A stretch of 64,000 nucleotides of DNA, taken from the human T2T-CHM13v2.0 reference genome, Homo sapiens. Position 1 is the stretch's first letter; each line of letters starts with the position of its first letter. Shown here piece after piece: positions 1 through 13,888 of this stretch. The stretch lies in the NCBI RefSeq assembly GCF_009914755.1, contig NC_060937.1. One strand, given 5' to 3'. Below the pieces are notes generated by a model. The model was given only the letters and a program-made list of their open reading frames with translations. It did no database searches and was not told the origin of the DNA. The position numbers and the translations under genes were made by a program.

Positions 1-2965
1 TTTCATAGTTGGCTCTGGCCCACCCCATGAAGTACCTCAAATGCATGTGTGTGGACACCCAGTGCTGACATCCACACTCCATCGCTCCATCATAAACAAC
101 AGTTACCCTCTGCCCACCCTCTGAGCACCTTGGGGTGCTCACACAATTGGCCAGTCTGTCCTAGGAAGATGGACTTAGGAAAGAGGCCCACGCAGGATTT
201 GGAAGCAGGCTTGGGGTCATTTGATGAGAATAGTTGGGGATCCCAGGTACCAGGAGCATGATCTAAAAACAGGCTTTAAAGGCCCTTTGGCCCCATAGAC
301 ACCTCACCTCATGGGAGGGTCATGGTCAGAGGAGGGCCAGAGTGGGGCCATGGGTGGGGGTGAGATGGTGGGAGATTATTCTGTGCCTGGTTTAAATATA
401 AAAGAATAGCGAAGGAAATTTATCAATGCATTAAAAAGGTTGACAGTAAATGATTTCCAATGATGTAACACATTCCATATAAGAAAAAAAAATTATTCTT
501 AGTATAGTTTGCTATCAATAGAGTGAAAAGGTACCAAATAAAAACTGAAACTAAAAGCAGCTGAGCTCAGCTGTTAGAAATTGCTCAGGATAGGAAATTT
601 CTGGCTTCAGCATAGGCTTGACTAAAGTCATCCATGGGTTCAGTGGTAGGATTGGCACAGATGTGGAGAGAGCTTGCATAATCCTTCCATGGAAGCACAC
701 TCCAGGGAGGCCCCGACTGATTTGACAACGGTCATGGCAGGAACTGTTTGTAGTCAAGAGGGGAAAGTTCTCCTGAGAAAGTGCCAGGCAGGTTGCTTTC
801 ATTATGGGCTGGTGAAGTAATCTGCTAAACAGGATCTTACACATGAGGGAATAAGATCAGTTCCCTGACACGGAACTAGGTTTCTTATATTGGGCTGAGG
901 TAAGAGGGCTATGAATGTGTTTGACTTTTCCCTCCCTTTTAACTGATGGCTAGAGTTCTTTCTAATTAGATGATAGTGAATGAAACTATAGAAATCTTTG
1001 ATCATATGGTCTGTCACAGGGTCAATGTAACTGGTCAAAGAGCAGTCAACAAATACAGTTTTTAGCTGGTCTTTAGTAAAACAAGATACTGGCTGATTAA
1101 AACCTTCAGAAATACTTTAGCAACCATCCATCTATCATTTGATTGTGTGACTGATATATCTATCTACCATTTAAATATATGCCTAGGAGAAAAAAAACAT
1201 ACTATACTTTTCTAGGCAAATGAGACAAAGAAAGGTGGACTGTATGCTTCTTTTTCTTCCTTCTTCCCTCTTCCCTTTCTTTCTTCTTTTTTTCCCTTCC
1301 TTTTTCTTTCTCATCTCTTATTTGGGTAAGGAAAGACCAGCCTTTGTCTGTGCCTGGTGAGTACTGCAAAGGCTTGCAAAGACACCTAAGTGACAGGATG
1401 GAGCTTATAAAATAGTTTGCAGGCCCTGGTTTCTCATCTTCCAGATGGGTTTGAGGATTATTCTGTGACCAAAGCCAATAAAACGCTTGGGAGGAATCTA
1501 AAGTACATCCAAATGTGGACCATTCCCTGGCGTTACTGCAGATTATATTAAGCTTCCATTACCAGCAATACTCCTCCATCAAAATTATCTAGTATCTGCT
1601 ATCCAAGGATTCCAACATGGTTTACCAACAGTGATTTGCTAATCCTGAAAATTGTGTGGGTTAATGGAAAAGATGCATACTCTCATTCATTTCCATTTGC
1701 TAACTCCTAAATCTGCCATTCACCTGATCTGGTTTCTACGATGATCGTGAAATCCAACTTGACAGGGCCTCGAGCATGCTTCCATGGAGGAGCTACAGGA
1801 GTCAATAAACAAGATCCTCACTGTCATTATCAAACCGCCTAACATTTAGATCAGAATTTTTTCTGAGCTCAAAATTTTTATGATCATGATTTCTGCACTT
1901 TTCAGAGCATTCCTGAAAACCCTGTGCAGTCTCACATTTAGCATTTAACATAAATATTAAGCCACAGTAGTAAAGAAAAGCCTCAACTGCAGAGGACCAA
2001 TTTAAATACTTTTTTGCTTTAGAAATCTGTTTAAATGCCCTTTTGCTATATTTTCTTTTGGAAGTGTTGTTCATTTAGAGAAAAGTATAACAAACAAAAA
2101 CAAATGCTGAAATTTTGGTCAAAGATGTGGTTTATCATCAAATAAGAATGATTTATAATGTTTAGAATGCATAGGACAAAGTGCTATTAGCAATTTTATG
2201 AATAAGATTTATGTGTAAATTTCTATTAGGACGGACAACCATTTGCTGGCTTTAGGAGATGCTATGCTTTATTATGCGGCCACATTGTAAGTAGGTACGA
2301 GACAATCATCTAAGGCTATTTATTAAAACTACTAGGTGTAAAATTCTCATGTCCTTCTAGAAATATAAATACACCATTCTCATTCTCCTGTGTGCCACTA
2401 ACTACGGGCTACACAGGATCAGAAGATAAATATGTGATTTAAAAAGTCAAGAGAAATGCCAGCGGAACCCTAGTGTTAGTTACGTAATAACCTATAGCAT
2501 TAGCTGGCTAACCTTTCTTCAGATCATGTAAGTCAACGTGAAAAGAATAATGTACTGAAAGGTCAAGGATTCTAGGCTCTGACGTTAACAAGCTTTTTGA
2601 CTTAGAGAAAAATCACTTAACCTCTCTAAACCTTGTTTCTACCTTGTAAACAATGATGGCTTAGAAAGTCTCTAACACTGTATGCTTGTTAATCACTTAA
2701 CCTCTCTGACAACATGGGGTAATATCTGTCTTACCACCTCCCAGGGTCATTGAAAGGATAGGACAATACACTTACTGACTTTATAGTTTGTTACAGTTTA
2801 CAAAGGGCTTCCATATATCTCATCTCATTTTGATTTTCTCTACAAGTTTTGGGGTGTTATCCTTATGTCACAAATGCAGAAATTGATTCTTAGAGAGACT
2901 AACAGACTTCCTTAAGGGTGTTGGTTAAACCCCAGGTTTTCTGACACTAAATCCATTTTGGTTGT

Positions 2966-3277
2966 TTTTATTTTTTGATTTTCTTTTGAGACAGGGTCTT
3001 GCTCATTGGCCAGACTGGAATGCACTGGTACGATCACAGCTCACTGCAGCCTCAACCTCCTGGGCTCAAGTAATCCTCTCATTTCAGCCTCCTGAGTAGC
3101 TGGGACCACAGGCATGCGCCGCCACACCTGGCTAATTTTTGTATTTTTTTTTTTTTTTGTAGAGACAGGGTCTTGCTACATTGCACATGCTGGTTTTGAA
3201 CTCCTGGGCTCAAGCAATAAACCCGCCCTGGCCTCCCAAAGTGCTGGAATTATAGGCATGAACCACTGTGCCCGGCC
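2966..3277 (-). mobile_element. Alu, AluJ-type
   Basis: Dimeric Alu in reverse complement ending cccggcc, with AluJ-like segments (acagggtcttgctc, ctcctgggctcaag). Confidence 0.9.
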
Positions 3278-4103
3278 CAGTGTTTTTACTACAGAGAAAT
3301 AACTACTTCCCCAGCTACGCTCCCCTCCCATCTCTACTTGTTTTTGAATGGTTGGGTTGGCCAATATTTCTACATCCACAATTGAATCAATTCTGAATTC
3401 TTGTTTGAAGGGACTCAGAAAAGTATGTACGACCTCCTTTGGTCCAATCTCCATGTAGCAATAAGAATTTATTCACAGCCTAAACTGATAGGATGACTGA
3501 TCTCCATTTCTAAACCTGTGAAACATTCTTGAGGTACTGGAAAGAGATTAATTGCAGATACTGAATTAACTTCTTGATAGAAGAAATTTCCCTGGCAGGT
3601 GCTGATTTGTGAGTCATATGTTTCCACTTTCTCCTGGGAGTTAACTCAGCCTTTCTGATCAAGGTATCTTTGAGAAAAGTTTGTCTATTATACCTCCCTT
3701 GGATGGTGAGGTGCCAAGGGTAGGAGAAGACAGAGTACCTTACATAAATGATACACTTGCTCCTGAATTACAGTTTAAAAAAATCAAATTGAACAGAGAT
3801 AAAACAGCTATAAGAAACAGGGATGAAACATCAACTAAGAGCCCTGAAGTGGAAGTCAGAAGTGCTGGCTTTGCACTGTAACGGTGTGACCTTGGGCAAA
3901 GCATTGAACCTCTTTGAATCTTTGTTTTCTCTTCTGTAAAACAAAAAGGTTGGTGAAAATAATTTCCAAGGCCATTCCTACCCCCCAAATTCTATATAAA
4001 CTTAATGGTATGTTTAAGAATTGTAATGAGAAAGCCTGCTTCTCTTAGTTTTAGGAACACCTAATGCCTTGTTTTCTTCTGTCAAGGGAGAGTGAGTCAT
4101 CTA

Positions 4104-4424
4104 TTTTATTTTATTTTATTTTATTTTATTTTATTTTTTTTTGAGACGGAGTCTCGCTGTCGTCCAGGCTGGAGTGCAGTGGCGCAATCTCGGCTCACTG
4201 CAGGCTCCGCCCCCTGGAGTTCACGCCATTCTCCTGCCTCAGCCTCCGGAGTAGCTGGGACTACAGGCGCCCGCCACCTCGCCCGGCTAATTTTTTGTAT
4301 TTTTTTAGTAGAGACGGGGTTTCACCGTGTTACCCAGGATGGTCTCGATCTCCTGACCTCGTGATCCGCCCGCCTCGGCCTCCCAAAGTGCTGGGATTAC
4401 AGGCGTGAGCCACCGCGCCCGGCC
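4104..4424 (-). mobile_element. Young Alu, AluY (Ye-like), with 16-bp TSD
   Basis: CpG-rich, with a (TAAAA)n tail. TSD gagagtgagtcatcta at 4088-4103 and 4425-4440. Shows the gacagcgagac 2-bp deletion and ggagcctgcag variants recalled for the AluYe lineage. Confidence 0.92.
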
Positions 4425-6077
4425 GAGAGTGAGTCATCTAAATCAGAGGGTCAATGGCACCTTTTCCAGAAAGAAAGCCCTCAGAGCCTGTGAGAAATAA
4501 TAATCCAGTACATTACATAATCCCTAACACAATGGCTTTCTAATTCTTCCTTTCCTTTAAAAATTTGTTAGCAGTGGAACCCTTCCTTCAAATGAAATAC
4601 TGCACAAAAGCCCAGCTTATGAAACATCCTGCATTATCTATACATGTGAAATTGTTGTAGTTGAATTGGGGATGGAGGGCAATGGGGCACAAAGTGCTGC
4701 CTACTCACTGCCCCCCTCCACTGCCAAACATCCTTCAAAGGTTCTTGTTACACTGTTAGAAAACCACTGCCCTAGGATATGGTTTATATGCCTTCACAGA
4801 AACAATACGTTTAAGTTTCTTTTTTTTTTTCCAAGTGCAACTTCTGAATAATGAAATAAATCTCTTTTCTGGTCCCACTATTTGAGTGCTTAGTGGAGAA
4901 ATAGTTACCTAACTTTGGTATTATTGAGTACTTTGAAAAAAAATTAAGCCATTAAGAGCCTTTGAAAAGGAGGTGTATTTCAAGATTACAGTGAAAACAT
5001 TCCCAGGAGCTTGGAGAAAGCATGAGGAACAAATTGGAATGAAGGTTAAGGAAAAAAATGCTTCTTGATGAAAAGACAACGGTTCACAAAAACAGTACTA
5101 TTCTACTTTTCACTTTAATTTGAAGCACTACATGAACACTAAGAATGATGCTGACTACAAGAGTAGAGGAGCTTATGCTGATTATAAGCAAATGATGTTG
5201 CGCTAGTCTTCAGTGACCTACTGTGAATGCTATTCCCGGGAATAGCTGAATTCAGTTGGTGGAGCAATTATGAGAAACTTTAAACACTCCAAATGGCTTA
5301 GAGATGTGTCTTGCCACTGAATTACCTTTCCTTCTCAGTAATTCTTGCTCTAGGGTCCCTGTGGTTTAGCACAGGTCATGATAATGTGGAATAAAAAATA
5401 GAGGCTGACTCCAAATGAGCCTCCGGGACCTAGACTGTAATGACCCACGGCTCAGGAGCTGCACTCAAGCCAAGCAAAACACAAAGCAGACGCCAAGAGA
5501 GATGGGGAGAGTCCAGAGCACAGACCAGGCCAGCGGCTTCTGAAGGTTTCAAAGCAAATACAGACCAGACACCTTTACAACTGAGGGATAACTGCAGGAA
5601 GACAACATTAAGAACTGTCTGGAACTGGGGCTGGGGAGTCTCAGATCACACTGTTGAATTCCTAATGACCCCATGTGTGATGCCATTCTGGGCTATGGAA
5701 TATATATTTTTCTCTAGGAGCTCCTCAAACTGTCTTCTGTTCATGCATAATTTTTTTTTCTGAGTAAATTAAATCCTTTTGTTAGTTATTCCTATTCCCT
5801 TTATGCCTTTCACAAATGAGAAAATGAAAGTATTCAGTTGAATATGATCATATAACATAATGATACAGAACAGAATGCATGGTACACAGCCACTGAATGT
5901 ATGTGCATCAAATATCTCTGAGAAGAGACTGATAATTCCACTAATAGTGGTTGTACTGGAGAGAGGAGCTGGGAGCTGAGAGGGGGCGGGCAGTGGCTTA
6001 CTCTTCACTCTTCCTCCTTTTATACCTGTTACACTTTCTGCTGCGTGCACCAATCACCTATATACCCCCAAACATTT

Positions 6078-6213
6078 ATAGTCAGCCCTTTGCATATGCA
6101 GATGTGGAACCCATGGAGAGGAAGGCCAGCTGGAAGATTTCAGCATCCACAGGTTTTAGTATCTGAGAGGGATCCTGGATCCAATCCCTCATAGATACCA
6201 AGGGACAACTGTA
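6078..6213. mobile_element. MER2/Tigger-like DNA transposon remnant
   Basis: The end gatcctggatccaatccctcatagataccaagggacaactgta resembles the MER2 terminal sequence followed by TA. Confidence 0.55.
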
Positions 6214-6484
6214 ATTATAAGTAGAAATAACTCTTACAGAATGTAAGGAGCTCCATCTTACCTCCTTCCTGCCCTGCGCATTGGCCTGGGGAGCCCTAGC
6301 AGAGACTGGGTGGCTTGTGGGTACTTAAATCTCAGACACATTGCCAGGGGCGGTAGGAAGATGATACAAAGTCCCATATGGAGAGAAGGCCTGTTAGGAG
6401 TTTTGGAAATACAGGGGATATTGGGACAAGTTAAATGGCACCATGAGAAAGCAACCAGAAAATCCAGTATAACAAACAGCCTAG

Positions 6485-6836
<352 letters not shown>

Positions 6837-6839
6837 TCA

Positions 6840-7325
6840 TAAGAGTGACTGTCATGAAAAGCAAAAAAATGCAGTGGTAGGGGAGGTGGCTGTTCCAGAC
6901 TAAAAGAGGCAAAGTAAGGTGTGAACTTTGGATCCTAGGTGGACAGCAGGGAGAGGGGACAATTATAAAAGATATTTTTGGGACAACTGATAAAATTGAA
7001 TTTGAGTTGGATATTATAAGACAGTATGGGATTACTGATAATTTTCTTAGGCATGATAATGGTATTGAAGTTTTTTAGAGAATGTCCTTACTCTTAGGAG
7101 ACATATAATGAAGTATTTAGAGGTAAAGCATTATGCTGCTTATAATTTACTTTCAAATGATTTGGGGGCGGGGGTAGAGAGAGTACTGTAAATATTTGGA
7201 GAGAAACAAAGCAAGTGAGGCAAAACGGTAACAATTAGTGAACCTAAGTGAGGGCACATGGGTTTTACTTTTCTTTCAACTTTTTTTGTAGGTTTAAAAT
7301 TTTTCAAATTAAAAAGTTGGGAAAT
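6840..7325 (+). mobile_element. Ancient L1M (L1MC/ME-type) 3' end fragment
   Basis: Recalled old-L1 3' motifs: ataatggtattg, gaagtatttagaggtaaa, atttactttcaaatg, aaaatttttcaaattaaaaagttggg. Confidence 0.6.
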
Positions 7326-8692
7326 AAAGGAGAAAGTTTAAAAATGAAACCAAACAAAAAAAAGGGAAAACAAATAAGAGTCCTGGGCTCTATGCTACTA
7401 TCTCCTACTAGTCTTCCAACTTTGGGGAAAATCCACCTGTGTCTGGGCCTGGGCTTTCTGTCTGTGGAATGAGGATGGTGGAGTAAATGGCCTCCGAGGT
7501 GACCCCAGTTCTAAAGTCTGTGGACACGATGAGGAGTTTGCAGGAACAGGACTCATATGCCTTGCTGGGTCCACCTTGTCCCTCCAGACACTCACCCAGG
7601 TATCAATTTTTCTGAAAGAGGCTCAAAGAGCTTGTTTTGTGATGTTTTAAGGTCTCTTCCTTTGGTTGGAAAGATTTTAATACACTGGGGTCTTAAGACT
7701 TTCTATGGTCTTAAATAAAGCTCTAATGTAACTGTAGTGAATATGATGGGACTAAAACCATTAACGTGCTTCTTGTTAAGAATTTAATGGCATAAAAAAT
7801 GTCTTCAAGGCCTGAAAAATTTATTTTATCTTGGTGTCTTGCTACAATTTCACTTGGATTTTTCAGTCAGATGTTAACTATGGTTGTCTTCTCAATATAT
7901 CTGTGGTTGTGCTGATAAAGACTGAGGAAATTCTTTATACTACTGTGGCAACTGAAGAGAGTATTAGCAAAATACTGTTTTAGGGATGATACCCACAGAG
8001 GCACGTGTGAAGAAGCAGCTCTGCTCACACATTGCTCACCGAACCTTCTATCAGAATGAGTAGTTTTCATCATCTCCCTCACTGGGCTACCCAGCAGAGT
8101 GCTCTACTCTTAGGAAGTGCTCAGGTAATGTTTGTAATTTCGCGGAATTTAACTGACATCCAGCAAGCAGGTCATATGGTAACAGTTTGGTTTGTAACTG
8201 TCAATAAAAAAAAAAAAATGAAACATCTTGTGAAATGCTCATTTCCTTGATATTGTTCCTTTTTTGTGTGTGACAGGTCTAGTTTCATTAATAGTTCTTC
8301 CATATTATAGACTTTTATAAGTGAGAACTGAATAAATGGAGATCTTTCTATACACTCGGCTGCGTGAGATGCAATGAAATACTCAGCCTGCTGCGTGACA
8401 ATCATACCACCTCCCTGGAGGCATCGGAATGGCACCCTGAACACTAGTAACTTTGCCACCTTCTTCCCTGTCTCATCCTTTACCCAGTCCTGGGGAGGGA
8501 GCTGTGTCAACCAATTTGTTGGTTAATTCCTAATGAATTTTCTTTCTAAAAACTTGGGAGTATTTCACATGTCAGAGCAGCTCTGCCCTCAAAAACGTAG
8601 AAATCCTATTTCTAACAGGAGATTTTATTCAAGCTAACTATGAATCTGCCAATTTTAATGGTAGTACATTTGCTATGGTCTACATTGGGTTA

Positions 8693-9037
<345 letters not shown>

Positions 9038-10634
9038 TCAAAGAGAGCCGAGGAACACTGAAATTCAAGATCCATAAAACAGGAGAAGGGACTGATCCAA
9101 ATATTGGCAACTCTCAAAGGTTTTAATACATTAGGTAGGATATGGGTATTTATGCTGATACAATAGATGTCTAAAAATTCTTTAGTCATCAATGGTCCAA
9201 GTGATTTAAGAACTATAATCTATCTCATACTAGAAAGGACCTAAAATATTTTAAAATAAACATTTTCTATAAACCCATAAAGCATAAAAAAAAAAAAATC
9301 AAGGAAAACTTATACCTGAAGGGAGCAAGGGTGAAGAAAAGGAAAAAGTCGAACACTGGTCTGCAAGCCATGAGACATAACAAAGTTGTCATAGCTGGTC
9401 TTTGATTTTAGCTCTGAGCTTCCTGGCAACTAAAACCAAGAGGGAATCTTAAGCAGCTCCATGGCTTTCACTAATCACAAGGGGAAACACATTTCAGTTC
9501 TTCAAGGGAAACAAAGCTACTCCCCACGGTGAAAGTCCATGTCTTATTTGTATTTGTATCCTGTACTTGGACAGAGCCCGGCAACCCATAGCATTCATTA
9601 GCTGAAGCTGCCCTTCTTCTTCCACTTAATTCTAAAAGGAATTCCTCACGTAGAGCTTCACACAAGGGGCTCTGGGAAATTCAGGGGGGGCAGTATCCTT
9701 AATAATAGGCCTAAAGTACCTGAAGTGATGGGTTTCATCAATCTGTTTCTTGTTGCCTACCTCATAACACAGAGACACAACTCAGGGAAGCAATCCTGGG
9801 GTGCATGTGGGATGTCAAGCCTAATAGCAATCTAAGATCACTGATTTCTGTAGGACATGTTTGATCCGTAATAAAATCTAGTCTGTCTATGGACTGTGTG
9901 TCCTTCATGCATATCTGCACGTGCATACAGCATTTCTCATGATTGAACTTTTGATAATAATTACATGGCATGTGACTGAATTCAAGGTTGTTTGCTCTGG
10001 TAAGGGCCAGAAGTGCAGGTGCTCTCTGTGGCTGATTAAGAGAGGATTAATAGGCTCATATCAAGCAGTAACACAGCAGCATTGGGGGTCCCTTCACCAT
10101 GCTAGACTTCTAAAATGGAGGGTGTGCAGCAAACTAAGAATACCAAAATGGAAACAGTTGAAATGGAAACCTGCTTTTCTCCTGGGATAATCATCATCAT
10201 TGTTAGCTGGGGAGACACCAATGACTGTATAACCCCTGCCCATGTGGAAATGGAACGTGATACTGAAGCTTTCAGGGTGGACTCAAACTTTGGAAGGCTG
10301 CTTGGCTAGTGATGGGGCAAGAGTGGGTGGGTATGGGGAACTGGGATAAGGCCAGGAGGCTCTGAGGAGTCTGGGAACAGACTTTTGCTTCTAAGCAGCT
10401 CATTTTTTTCTAACATCATGGCTGCAGCATTTCTTCTGTAGTAATCAGACTTTTAAATTATGGAGTTATTTTACAATTACTACTTCAGATAAAACAAAAG
10501 CTTCACTTTCTCTGCACTGATGAATGAGCTGGTGAGAGGATGAAGATTTTCATTCACTCTGGATGGAGTTTGAATCCACCTATCCATCATCATGGTCAAT
10601 GATGCCTCTCATTATTCTTAGTTCATGTCATTAC

Positions 10635-10793
10635 CTGGAACTTCTCCTCATAGTTCTCGAAGGCTTCCATGACCATACACACAGCCTCCATTGTGCGCTC
10701 AAGCCGGCCATCCATCCTGTTGAAACGGTACATGCTACCAGACACATCTACCACCAGGCGCAGACGCTTGGGTTTCTGTTGTGGGCTGCCAAG
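10635..10793 (-). CDS. VWA8: VWA8 internal coding exon (159 bp, phase 0 to 0), start of VWA domain: LGSPQQKPKRLRLVVDVSGSMYRFNRMDGRLERTMEAVCMVMEAFENYEEKFQ
   Basis: Acceptor ttccttccctcag|, donor CAG|gtaatg. Contains the MIDAS DxSxS motif (DVSGS). Lies within ORF 10623..10949(-). Confidence 0.96.
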
Positions 10794-11561
10794 CTGAGGG
10801 AAGGAATAACAGAAAAGCCGTTTGTGAACTGGCAAACTTCCCCTGGTGGCTGTCTTGGGGATCTCACAGAAGCTCCAGCGTGCCAGCCCCGAGATGGGCA
10901 GACCAGCCATAGGCTCAGCCCTGCACAAGGCTGTCCTAGCAGGTAGCAAGGCATCTATGGGTTGTACTGCAGTAAACAGAATTTCAGACTTGTGCTAATG
11001 GTTGGGGCCACATGGAAAATATTTTCCTTTGGAATATAGTCCTTTTAAAGCTCACTCTAGTAAAGTTGACTTACCGAGGTTGATGCCTTAAAAATAATAT
11101 GATGACTTAAAAATAATAATCTGGAATGACATGTCATTTTCACTTCATGCCTCAGAGTCAGTAACTCTAGCAAGAGTTTGTGTTATTTTGGAGGGAAGCC
11201 CATGTCAATTTTACTTGTACGTATTGGGTAGTGACCTGAAAATTATTCTCCACACAGGCCACAGGTAATGTCAGATTCCTAAAACAAAGTTATGTGATGG
11301 GGGTCTGGCAAAGAAATTAAAGAAAAGATTTTAAAAACGACTTTTGTGTTTACTAAGCTGCACATCTTCTCTTCCTTCCACATTACTGAATTAGTGCTTT
11401 TCTTTTCTTGGCAGTTTGAAAGCATAAAAGTGACATCAAATTGTTCTAGAAACAACTGTCAATTAAGATTACAAGATTAAGTTTGATTTTAGACCCACGA
11501 CTGCCAATTTGCAGATTTTAAGAAAAAGTTTGTTAGTTTTGCTGACGATAAAAAAGAAGAA

Positions 11562-11860
11562 GGCTGCGTGCAGGGGCTCATGCCTGTAATCCCAGTGCTT
11601 TGGGAGGCCAAGGTGGGAGAACTGCTTGAGGCCAAGGGTTCAATACCAGCCTGGGCAACACAGCAAGAACTCATCTCTACAAAAAAATACACAAATCAGC
11701 TAGGGTGGTGCTATGTGCCTATATTCCCAGCTACTCAGCTGGGTAAGCTGAAAGGGTCACTTGAGCCCAATAGTTTGAGGCTGTAGTGAGCTATGATTGT
11801 GCCACTGCACTAAAGCCTGGGCAACAAGCAAGACCCTGTCTCTAGAAAAAAAAAAAAAAA
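11562..11860 (+). mobile_element. Alu, AluJ-type
   Basis: Diverged dimeric Alu (gagctatgattgtgccactgcac, agaccctgtctct) with an A tail. Confidence 0.88.
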
Positions 11861-12544
11861 GGAAGAAGAAAAATTCCAGATTATTCTGTTATTAAATATT
11901 TGCTGTTATTAAATATAAAAAATAATGAGCAGAGTTAGTAATTTCAAGAAAACACGGTGGGTATTGAGAGTGTAATGGTTTGAGGCAAATTCAACATATT
12001 TCTTAAAAACTTGTTGAGTCTGCCCAAATTAAGAACACTTATACATATGCTTCCATGACTACTCACAATTTCAGATGTATCCAAACACATTTGTTGACCA
12101 CAATGATTCAGTAAAGAAAGCAGTTGTTGACTCATACCAATGACACAGAAATAAGAACTCCCCAAATCACCAGATCCTCTCTAAATAAATATTTAAAAGG
12201 AGTGACTCTCCCTTCCCCCTACCAGTCACTGCACCCCCAGCTCTCAGTGGCGACTCAGCAATTCTGGTTACCCAGGAATACAGGAGATCACAGAGCTCAC
12301 CAAGAGACTCAATATTTCATCCTGTCATCATTTTGTTTTGCTATTACATTGCAAATATTTTAAATTTATGGCTGTCTAAAACTTTACATACTACAATTAT
12401 AGTTACTTAAGGGAGACGTTCTTATTTTCTATATTTTTTTTCAGTTATATGATGGACACTGATCTTTAAAGTAAGAGAACAGTAGAAAATCACTAAGGTT
12501 GTTTTATTGTTTTCACTTGAAGGTTTCTCTAGGCTTAATAGACA

Positions 12545-13570
12545 CACCAGGTGTCTTCAGTTTCCCCTCCAGGGCACCTGCTCTGTGTCCTGGGAGTTGA
12601 TCTGTGTGGACAATCCGTGTTGGAGCTCAGAAATCGATACCCTCTAAATATGGTGCTTGGACATGCTGAACTGAAGAAGCAGCATCAAGGTCTCACTGAC
12701 CTTCCTCCCTCTCCCCACAAAGCACTGGATAATTTGTTCTCTGAAGTTTCTTCAACTGTCTAAAGTTCAGAGCTCCAAAGAAGAAAACCATTACTCTGGG
12801 CCCTTCCCTGAGTTTTCATCAACTGAACTCATATCACAGGAAGAAAGGCTGAAGTCTGTCAACACACCTGGACAGACTTCGGTCACAAACCATTGCTTTG
12901 TGGGCCCAACAGACTCTGTCCCAGGCCACTGTGTGCTCTTCAAGTCCACTGAATTGCCCTAAAACCATTTACTACCCCCGTAAAATCATCTACACTTCTC
13001 CATCTCCTTTTCCCTTAAGAAGAAGGGTACATAAGCATCTGTACTTCACTGTGTGGAGGGGGACTCACCCTTGGTTTCACCCCGGTGCACATTAATACAT
13101 TTGTATGCCTCTTCTCCTATTAATGTGCCTTTTGTGAGGTGATTTTCAGAGAACCTTCAGAGGGCGAAGGGGAAGTTTTCCCTTGGCCCCTACAATCACA
13201 TCAGCTGGCCTCTTGGCTGCTGGCTCCCAGTGGGTTCTGCTCATGGGAGGCACTGGTGGAGGTCAGGGGGTGAGGGTGGAGTATTTATTCCCTTGGCCCC
13301 CTCTCTGCTGTTGCCCATGGGTTGGCTCCCCTTCTGCTGAAGGCCACCACTCCATCAACCACCTTCTCCAGGTTCCAGGAACTGCTGTCTCATTCTGCCC
13401 TTTTAGGCCTCAGAGTGAGTTAGATCCCTGCTGTTGCTATCCCTGGGTTACTGCACTGTTTATTTTTGATTTTCCTAAACCCCACCCTTATTTTTGTAAA
13501 TAGTCTTTGTACTGACTGTTTCTTAAATTACCTAATTTGAGCATGCCTTATGTTTCTTGCTGGGACCTTG
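12545..13570 (+). mobile_element. LTR33-like (ERVL) LTR split by the MER39 insertion
   Basis: The flanks 12545-12617 and 13195-13570 read as one LTR33-like sequence (ctgctctgtgtcctgggag ... ggagtatttattccc ... tttgtaaatagtc ... gctgggacc). Confidence 0.55.
12618..13194 (+). mobile_element. Solo ERV1 LTR, MER39-like
   Basis: TG...CA ends. Starts tgttggagctcagaaatcgatacc and ends gagggcgaaggggaagttttcccttggcccctaca, both matching recalled MER39 termini. Confidence 0.75.
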
Positions 13571-13762
13571 AGTTGAATAATAAATAGTATAATATTTATG
13601 GAGTTTTTCTTCTTCTTCTTCTTTTTTTTTTTTTTTAACATAATGCTTTCCTTGGTTACCATATTCAGGATTTGTGATATTTTGACACAACTCACGAAAG
13701 CAAGTTTCTGTAAAGAGGGCTAGACTATGCAGAGCTGAGGCTAGCAGTTCACCATGACTTAC

Positions 13763-13888
13763 TTGTGGCTCCAGCTCACCCCGACGTTTGTAGATGGCTT
13801 TTTCTCCAGTCAGCCCATCAATGATCTTGGCATCATCTAATTCTCCAGTAGCTTGATGTCTTAGCCATTGTCTTTCTTTACCTTTAGC
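13763..13888 (-). CDS. VWA8: VWA8 internal coding exon (126 bp, phase 0 to 0): AKGKERQWLRHQATGELDDAKIIDGLTGEKAIYKRRGELEPQ
   Basis: Acceptor tcttttgtag|, donor CAA|gtaagt, 42 open codons. The GELDD-x-K/R segment typically precedes VWA domains in MoxR-associated VWA proteins. Confidence 0.95.

Noticed and set aside
2611-2708. 17-bp repeat aatcacttaacctctct occurring twice
   Set aside because: Matches the MIR core motif, so adjacent MIR fragments explain it.
10563-10954. Antisense and alternative-frame ORFs over the VWA exon
   Set aside because: Shadows of the real exon's codon structure and local GC content.
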